Made by a program: the position numbers and the translations under genes
The notes under the pieces: model-generated
Told to the model about the DNA's origin: nothing
Database searches by the model: none
Seen by the model: the letters and a program-made list of their open reading frames with translations, nothing else
Shown here: positions 55,091 through 64,000 of the stretch, one piece after another
How positions within the stretch are numbered: the first letter of the stretch is position 1
Layout of the letters: every line of letters starts with the position of its first letter
Assembly: GCA_030704615.1 (NCBI GenBank)
Contig: CM060732.1
Location: forward strand, 82,150,001-82,214,000
DNA from: Takakia lepidozioides
Taxonomy: Eukaryota; Plantae; Bryophyta
Reading direction: 5' to 3'
DNA: 64,000 nt

Positions 55091-58000
55091 ATACTCATGA
55101 GCGATCAGATTCTCCTCAAATTCAATATAGGTGTCTTGTTTGTCATTTATTTTGCAAAGGACGATGCTACTTTTCGGACCAATCCGGGAAAATCCAAAAT
55201 TGTGAGCTTTAATGCATTGTTAATACTGAATATAGTTTTTTCCGTATTTATTAATTATTTAACAGATGTCCAGATTTCATCCTTTTGTCCATATTTACTT
55301 AAAATGGTGTTCTATCTCCAGAAGGTTCTCCAGAAATATTTGCTTGAAATGAAGAAATCTCGCACCGTTCTAGTTATCTCAGGGAAAAGAGGATAGGACT
55401 TAAGCCTTATCAGAATGTTTCCACCGATCCCAAGATTAAGCCTCTCTTGGATTATATTGATGATTCTAATTACTGAAATCTTCGATATGATGCTTCAAAA
55501 TAAAGATTTCATTGATCAACCACGTCTATGATGCAATCTCAATTTTTGGTTGGTTTTTCTCTAGGTTGTATTGTATTTCTATAAGAACTGTTCTCTATTG
55601 TGCTTTCCGTTTCAATGTGAATTGACATGGAATTGTTTGCTATCTCCTTGTCTCATCCTTGCGTTTCTCCACCCTATACAATCCCGATTCTCTGGGATAC
55701 AGGCCTTTTTGAAATCTCGTCGCAGGGGGGTTTTCAAATCTGACATCCTCTACTGTGCAGTGGAGGTTATCCTTTGTCTGTAAAATGACCATGTAAGTTC
55801 GTTTGGGCAGGTTCGTGGAGATGTTGCCGATGCCAACTTCTCGTCGGGACCTCCATATTAGAAATTCATCGACAGAGGGACAATATTCACACTACTGTTG
55901 AGATTTCTGTCATCGACGGTGAAGCATCATCTAGGCACTTGGCTTCCCTTCAATTGCACGACCCTCTTCTTCAGTCCATTCCTGAAAATGATGTTCCGTC
56001 GCATGATTGTTTAGGATTGAATGTCGAAAGTGGAAGCCAACATGACAAATGTGCAGAGGATTTCGTGGACCTTACTCTACAATCCTCACCTTCCTTGTTA
56101 AGTGTCTAGGTCTGAAATCTACCTCGAGAATGTCAGCCATTGAGGATGCGGCTGAGGTTGCGGCTCCGTAGCATACTGTTGCATCTCTTCCCTCTTTCTC
56201 TCCCCAGCATGAGGGTTGGACAGCCCAAATCAGAAGGAGTAAGGTAAAATTACTTATATCGGAATTCTTACTTGTCCTTTTGTTTTCCTTAGTACTGGGT
56301 CTGATGTTCTTGTTCTACTCCAGGCTAGAAAATCTGCAGATTATGACCTTCCTGTCAAACGACGTCTTCATTGGAATTCTGTTCCGAGGTAATCCCTTCA
56401 TTACGTGTGAATTCCATTCAGGATGTGGAGTGCTCAAGGGACAATTTCCATTCCGTTCCCCTTCTCCACAATTCTTTGGACAAGGACAATGACGAAACAA
56501 TTGCAACTTATTGGCTTCCCGACCCTGCAGTGTTGGCGCAATGTTATGCATCGAGGAAGCGGAATAGAGCCCCCAAACCATTTCCATCTCTTTTACAAAT
56601 CGGTGCCACTGGAGAGAAGTATGTCTTTAGAGACAAAGTAGACTCGAGAAAGAAAATGTATACCTCGGACATACCGGGGTCTCGTCAAAACACGTCCGTT
56701 GGGATCCCAAGTTCGCCAGCGAGACTCTCCAATAAGGCGACATCGGTATTATTCGATACCATTTCTCCTCTTTCTTCTCTTTTGTGTTCGTTTGGTTCTG
56801 CACTAATTTGCTTCATCTTTTCTCAACAGGCGGGGATGCAGCACGATACCCTCATCAATTTCCCTCCGTACAAGGTACTTTCTTGACGTTCCTCTTCTTT
56901 CCAATATTAACCCTCATCTCAAAACATTCCAAGCCCCCATCACATACAGTTTTTTTCCACTTTTTGCACAATCGTGTTGATCTTCCATACACTCAATCAT
57001 TCTGGGTCATGGGTATTTTCATGGCAGAAACACTAATGTCATTGTGTGATTAACTTGCTCAGGATAACTTTGTCTCTCATCCTTTACATGCAACAGCAGG
57101 AAAGTGAAAACATATGTTGTTAATTTTGAGTGTCAACGGACTCCTCTGCTACCGGCCACCCCCAACCGGCGGTGAACTATTTAAGGAGAAATTTCGTTTC
57201 AGGAATGTTACACTTCAAGTTCCTGACAGACCGTTTGTGGTGCCTCGCGTGGAGTCTTGGAGTTTCTGTACCTTGCATTGAAGCATTTTCACGTGGCCAT
57301 TTGGTCATGTGCTGATAGAGGTGTTCTTTGTAGGATGTTGGAGAGCTTCATCCCCATGAAAATAACGAAGAAGTTTTGCTTCATATGGTGATCAGCTGAG
57401 GATTGCAAGGATACCACCGGTTATATCAGGCTCGTGACGAAATATCTCGTGAAGGATATTCGCAGTGTTATTGCCAAGTACCCTGGTAGACCGTTTGCTA
57501 CACAGGGGCAAATACTTCATGTAGATGATGAGCTATCAAGGGGCCTGTGAAACCCATAAAATACTGGATTCTTCCCTTTCTCATTCAAGCCATCACCAAA
57601 CGGCTTCTGTGACCAGGATGATATGACAAAGGTAGTGTGGCCATATATATCGGAGATGGCTGGAGCTTCAACAGTCATTGATTAAATTAGCGAGAACCGG
57701 ACGAAGTGTTCTCATAAGCCTATTGGTCGAGACCTTGCCTACTGGGCCTGACATGGAAGATATCTTGATCCTCGTGTTTGGATCCCACAACAAAAGAAAC
57801 CTGATTACCTTGGTAGGCACATGGATCCCACTGTTCTGTTGTTTGTTCAGAATTTGATTTTTCAATTCTTTTGCATTTGCATTTGCATTTGCACTCTTAC
57901 ATCAACAAATCCTCATTATGCAAAACTTCCATTTTAGGCCTAATATTTGTCATTTCAACCGCGTGTCCCCAGTTACATTCAAGGAACGAATTGTAAAAGA

Positions 58001-59255
58001 GGAACAAGAGCTGCGTGATTGAGAAGAATGGCGGGCGTGCCGGGAGGCTTCAAGGGCATCAAATAGAGTTGGCAGCAACATTTCAGATGACAATGTCAGC
58101 CGGTTTCACCTTCTGAAAGTATCTCTGTTTCCTCTGGTGCGGAGACCGTTGCAAGTGGTTGTGGTAACCGGAGGCGTCTTCGGACACATGCCTTGACTGC
58201 GAGCTGTTTGGGAGGAGGCTCAGTATTATTAATGAGTTAGTATAAGCCGTAACGGTTCTATGGCTTCAGAGTGTATGGCTTGTATGGCATTAAGTCCATG
58301 AATGGATGGACAATTGACGTTCATTTTTCTATTGGTCCATCGCCTTGAACGATACAATCTCAAATAAAATATGAATGTTTCATATCATCAATCAGGTCCC
58401 GACAGACTCGTTTTTTCATGTTGTCATCTTCATCACATGCCATCATTGTTTCATATTTGGTTCTGCCATTGTTCTATGTTTGTTTGTGTATGTCATTTTG
58501 GATATCAGAGCTATCATCATTGTTTGATTCATTGCATCATCCTATTTCTTTTAATGAACATCAACTTGGCAGTGGATGTTTATCTAAGACCACAATACAT
58601 ACTTGTATTTTTGCGTAGAATGTGTGGAGGATTATATAATTTGTTGTTATATAGAGGTTATACAGTGCACAAATAGCCAAATAATTATAGATATATCTCT
58701 TTATTTCTATGATAGATTATATTTATTCATATATCTTATATTATTTCTGGACCAAACAAAAGTCCAAAAGTAGTTAAAATAGTGTTAACTTGTCATCTGC
58801 ACTTGAAATATCTACGGAAATGTCTGGAACATCAGGAACCTCACGGATTGGTTGCGCACAGACTGATCGCTCGGGTAGTAGGATCTTTGACATGTATTGT
58901 GAAATCCCGAGATAAAATGGATCAGAACAATCCACCTCGGCTTTCTCGACTGACTTCCGCTTCCGAGCTTTTGTCCGCTCAAAGGACTCGTGCACATTAG
59001 TATTATCCTTCATGGAAAATAGATGGCCGGCTTAACAAAAATAGAAAGCTCTAAGCAAGCTAGCACCTAATCACATTGCTACATCAACATCTAACGATAA
59101 GCTGGAACAAAAACTTCGTCCAGAAACCTGTGTGAAACAAAAAAACAAATGATGATCGACCATGGAAAGAACTGCAATGCCAAAGAGATCTCACCCGTCG
59201 AATGTTGAGCGATCTGAGCCGTCCACAGCGAAAGAAACCTTACGTCTTTATGTTA

Positions 59256-59380
59256 TGTATAGGGTAAGTTCCTCACCCTCGGGCAAGTACCTTGGTATTC
59301 GTGTCGTGACCTCGGGGTAGGCCCTTGGTCACTTCCCTCACACCGTGGTACACCCTTGGGTGGGGGACTTACCTTATACA
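59256..59380. mobile_element. Small foldback MITE with TA flanks
   Basis: TGTATAGGGTAAGTTCCTCACCC...GGGTGGGGGACTTACCTTATACA imperfect TIRs, with TA on each side. Confidence 0.6.
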
Positions 59381-62300
59381 TAATGATGCACATATGTATC
59401 CCAATCGTTCAAAAAATAAAATGAAGCAAAGGGGCCGAGACATCTAGCATGTTGTCTGAATTACGTTGGTTATTTGCATGGGGCCCACATGGCTATTGCA
59501 AGTCCTTCAAAGTGGCTATTGCATGTGGGGCCCACATGGAGTCCATGCAATAGCCACGCGGAGGTTCTAGATTGTAGGATAGTGCCCAAGTGCCACAAAC
59601 GACGACTTGGGGAAGCTGGCTAGCCAAGAGAAAGTGGTGTGAGAGAGAAAGCGCACCTAGGAGGACGAGGGCAAGGGCTGGCGGCACTGCGGCAAAAAGA
59701 GCATAACAGAGGCCTTGCGAGCACTATGGCTATATTGCCACTCCAGCAAAACGAGCAAAATGGACGCCTTGGTCAACACTATGACGATACTCTGGAAAGG
59801 GCAAAGGGTGGGGAAGAGGAGGAGGGACTTGACGACAGGGAGCGGTGGTAATGGTTAAGGTGGATGGCTTTGCATCCTTCCGTATTTCATTTTATTGGCA
59901 TGTCAATGTGATGTTTGTTTTTAAGTGCCAGGATCTGAATGGTGTGCAGGAACAACAAGATGTTAACTTATTTTATATGTACCCCAATGGTTTGAAGAAG
60001 CTTATTCCTCACGAGTTATACATTGCCAGCGGTGTTTGAACTGAGAAATGTGTCTCTCTTCAGTACCTTCTCTGTCTCCGTATACTTCTGCCTACAAAGA
60101 TCCACGACTTGTTACTGGACCATTTCTCCATGTGAACTTGGCAGGGAAACAATTATCATGCAATGACATAAACAAGAAACAATGTCCGATTTCCGAAATC
60201 AGCATTGACAACGAGGGGACCTGTAGCCATAGGATGTACAGATCAACATATTTTCATGTGAATGTTGGCGTTGAATTGTCAATCAAGTCTATGTGTTCCG
60301 AATTTGGAAATCAATGAGCACCCAGAGTACAAGAAGTCCGGAAGACCTACTCACTCAGCAGCTCATTGATGTTGGAAAAGAACATGTGCTAGGATGACCC
60401 TCCATCTTCCGTTCAACCCACCCAACACTTCAGCTGCTTGGCGATGCCACAAGTAGCGGAAATCATACATTTATTTGCAAGTACATTTTCTTCTCATCTC
60501 TAACACTTATGCTGTTTTTTGGTTTTCAGGTTACAGGGATTTTCTACAATATTGTGGAAGTTGCCATTGATATGAGTTATTATAGACTACAGTTTTCAGT
60601 TATACAAAGTTTTCAGTTTTACAGACTTTGGTTTTCAGTTTTCAGTAAGATTTTCAGCCAGCCAGTCATTCAGACATCTCAGTTAATTTTTCAGCTAACA
60701 TTCCTTTCTCTTTCAGTTTTACAGACTTCAGTTTTTAGTTTTGCAAACTTCATTGATCTAAGCATATAGTTTACTATTACTATTAATATGGATATAGATA
60801 TAAACTTAATATTATTCAGAATTTGCAACGTGTACACAATTATCATTATATTGTCGGAGACTGTTTATTTGATTCGGTTGCTTATTTGTTCTATTATGAA
60901 ATATTATCCAAGGTGAAATATTTTGTACAAACTTTACAATCGCCTACAATCGAAGAAAAAAAAGTCCAATAGTGTTGTTTGTGGAGGTTTGGAAGATGAT
61001 AATCGTGCCATTTTTTGCTTAGCAAATTATTTGCAAAGACCAATTTGGTTATGGTCTCGAGTAAATAAAATAGTAATGTTTTCTGTGGGTGATCAATTTG
61101 TTACCTTGAGATTTATTCCTTCAGTTCTATTATATTCCATTGACTTCCATTATATGCAGCACTAGCATTTAGGTTTTGCAATTAGGGTGGAGCCATTACG
61201 CGACTGGCCGCTTGTTTTTCATAAGTTACTAAATACTAACACATGTCACCTAATGTAGGTGTTACCTAGAAAAAGGCATGCCTATCATGGGAAGTAGTTT
61301 TCAACGAAGGAGAGGAGGTGACACCTGGAGAAGGCTCAAGAAGGGTTTAGTGATTTTTGACGCTGATGCATAGTCCCCCCCCTCTTTAGAACAAGCCTCA
61401 AATGCAATGGGCTTTCTTGCTTTGGCAAAACATCGGGGAGGTGAGAGTAAGGGCCATGACTCAACGCAACACACCATTCGGAGCCTTGACACGGTGTAAG
61501 GTCCTTTGACCACATTTTCTCCGTCGACTTCAACATGATGCATGGTCTCTCTTCTACAGAAGAGAACCAATAAAGATGAGCCTCTCAAAAATTGTACCAA
61601 TCATTGGATTGCTAGATTGGTGTACGCATCCATCCATGCTGTCACTGGACCTTGCTTCCAACTGTTGGAAGTCAATTCTAACATTCATCAAGTCATATGA
61701 TGAATCTTGAAGGGACACAACTGTTAGACAAAGAGTTGTGATCTGTGTGAGTTAGACCTATTGGCTGTATCAATAGTCACAACTGTTCATATGTCTTAAA
61801 GTGAGCACACGCTCACTATTGTAATATCTTCTTCATTATCAATTACAAGTCACTCTCTCTCTCTCCATAAATGTTACACCAACTGTCCACAGGCTTATCG
61901 AAAAGAATATCTCGATGATCACTGAATACAAAGTCCCACCATATAAGAGGAAACAATGAAACCCAAGCGAGACTATATCCACATAAATTACGGGACCTGA
62001 TTCACCCTCTGCTGATGCGATGCACCTGGGTAGCCCTCAGCCTTGTGCCCACGGAGGGTGCGAGGATTAGACTAGCTTGAGAGAGCAGGAAAGCGGAGGA
62101 GGAACTGATTGAACTGGACGGAATGGTCTTGGTTACTTCAAGATTGGATTTTGCCATGAAGCTCAAGGGTACTTAGGTACAAAACTACTATCTTATTGGA
62201 AACAGCTCAATTGGAGATGACTGAGTTCAACATGTTATATTCATATATAGTGAAAAGATGCCGGGCCTCTGTGCAACATGCCGGGGGGCCTCTGTTCTGT

Positions 62301-62687
62301 CCTCTATCATAGAACCATGCCTAGCTGCATCTCTCTCAATTGCCAATGAAGATGTGTTGGAGTCTACCTTCCCTCAGTTCATTGTTGGCAACTTAACTCT
62401 CTGCTAGCGATTTTGCTATTTATGAGTGTCTTACCATGAAACATAGACTCTCTGGCTGTTCCACCTTGCTGCTAACTTTAGCCTACCTCTGTGCAGCTGC
62501 CTACTAGAGTGTAGGGCCTTCAATTTACGTCAGTTATCTTTCTGTCTATCACCGTCTCAATGCATAAACCAAGTCAAATGTTTGATCGTCCATCCCTTCC
62601 CCCTACAATCTCCATATCTCAATGCAACCCATTAGAGGTGAACATCCATCCAGGAACCGTCACTGCTTACGGGTCTGCTGTCAGAGC

Positions 62688-64000
62688 CTAGGTCTCCCTA
62701 TTCAGAGCAGATTGATCAGAATCAATTTGCTGGCGTTCCAGTGCATCGACACTCATGTCCGCAGGGTACTCCAAGCCTCTCACATGAACCGCATAGCATG
62801 CTGCACGCATTTCCACCAGTTGCGTCAAAACAACTGCCTGTAAATTAGTGCATCCTTGACTAACAATAAGAATACTTCAGAAGCGCAACAAGACTGCAGG
62901 GCCAGACACCATATTCTTACTGCAAATACAGATTACCTCAGGACTTGCTGTGGCATGCAAACATAGACATTGTCAAAGTATTATGCAGATGGGTAAGTAT
63001 GTGCACTACATCCTTTTCCTTCTCTCTTCGTCACACCTTTCAAGCATTTACGTATTTCAAAGAAGACTTACTGTTCTCAATCTTGATCAAGCTCTGAAGC
63101 ATGATGTCCATCTTTTTCGTCAACTCGCGTGCATTGTCTACAGTGTTGGGTAGCTGGCTGAAGCCTTCGTATAGAGCTCGCACAAAGTCACACACTTCAG
63201 TCGCTGATTGCCACTGCCCAGCAGCCGCAGCTGTGACTGCCAAACGCATGAGCTCCCCTGTCAAGTCTCCCACCTAACCCCACCATCAGGTCTTCCCTCC
63301 CTGTATCTGCCTCTCTGGCCCTCCTTTTGACTACATCTCTATTCAAAATTACCTCAGTCATGGATATGGCTATTTTAGTCTTTTGCCATGCAATCTATGC
63401 AAGCCAAAAGAGAGCAGAGGACAGACTGACAATCCAACAACCATTCATACTCCTTCTGATACAACACTTTTTGTGTTCAACAGCGTGACAGTAACATGAT
63501 CGAGACAAATCATGAGTTATACCCCAAGAAGATAGTCAGGAAGGCTGATGCTGAATGGAACATCAGAGGCGTCCGTCAAGTGGGAAAGACTTGCATTGAG
63601 CTGCTGCAGTGTCAACAATTTCCCACTCTTACAGAATTCCACTACTGTTGCTGCCTCAACAAACTCCTGCATCTGTGCCCGCCATAAATAATGAGTTAAA
63701 CAGTTGAACTTCATAAATCGTTGAGTTACACATGGAAGTCTTAAGAATTCCCAGAAAAAGGTGTATAATTGGTCAACCAATCACCTGAACGGATCTATAT
63801 GTCTTTGTTACTCTCAGAGCATCTCCCCTCAAAGCTAATCAATGGGAAGAGGTTGGAGTCAGAAAAGCTACCCCTGGAGAGAATGCTTTCCTATACTTCC
63901 AAATCTCGTGGGCTTGCACTTCCAGAGCAATGCGTCCAACATACTTGGTCCTGACTTCCTCTAAGAGTGTCTCCGCTTGCTCCAAAGCTGCTTCCTTGTT
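62688..64000 (-). CDS. TSNAX: Translin-associated protein X (TRAX), last four exons; the 5' end lies outside the window
   Basis: Exons: ...EIWKYRKAFSPG; MQEFVEAAT...DYLLG; VGDLTGELMRLAV...KKMDIMLQSLIKIEN; CYAVHVRGLEY...stop at 62688. GT-AG boundaries. Confidence 0.88.

Noticed and set aside
55790-58250. Exon-like fragments, including LINFPPY and LLVETLPTGPD, that might be another MTase-like accessory gene
   Set aside because: Too decayed and the motif matches too weak to call without a profile search.
61301-61700. Possible retroelement fragment
   Set aside because: No diagnostic motif recognised.

Overview
A eukaryotic, plant-like window (spliceosomal introns; subtilase, glycolate oxidase and TRAX sequences; probably a non-seed land plant) made up mostly of nested transposable elements. 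From left to right: a LINE 3' relic (1-1.1 kb); a degenerate MULE-like GCM/SWIM DNA transposon with element-wide 24-bp palindromes (~2-19 kb), interrupted by a Ty3/gypsy chromovirus (10757-17125); a 14.4-kb minus-strand Ty3/gypsy-type retroelement (20924-35287); a subtilase gene broken by a ~1.7-kb inversion; a hAT (DUF659-type) element; a Pol II CTD-like repeat ORF; a Sola-like element with its own palindromic motif; two MITEs; and the 3' part of a TRAX gene. The 14.4-kb element is the standout. It has TG...CA ends and a 4-bp TSD (GAGT), but split direct repeats (X-ORFs-Y-X-Y) instead of two ordinary LTRs. It has a self-complementary primer site instead of a tRNA PBS. Its pol carries a C5 DNA methyltransferase between protease and RT and a PHD finger on the integrase. 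It also has an orphan ORF upstream of gag and a leader built from intronless host gene fragments. All calls were made by eye from motifs; no database searches were run.
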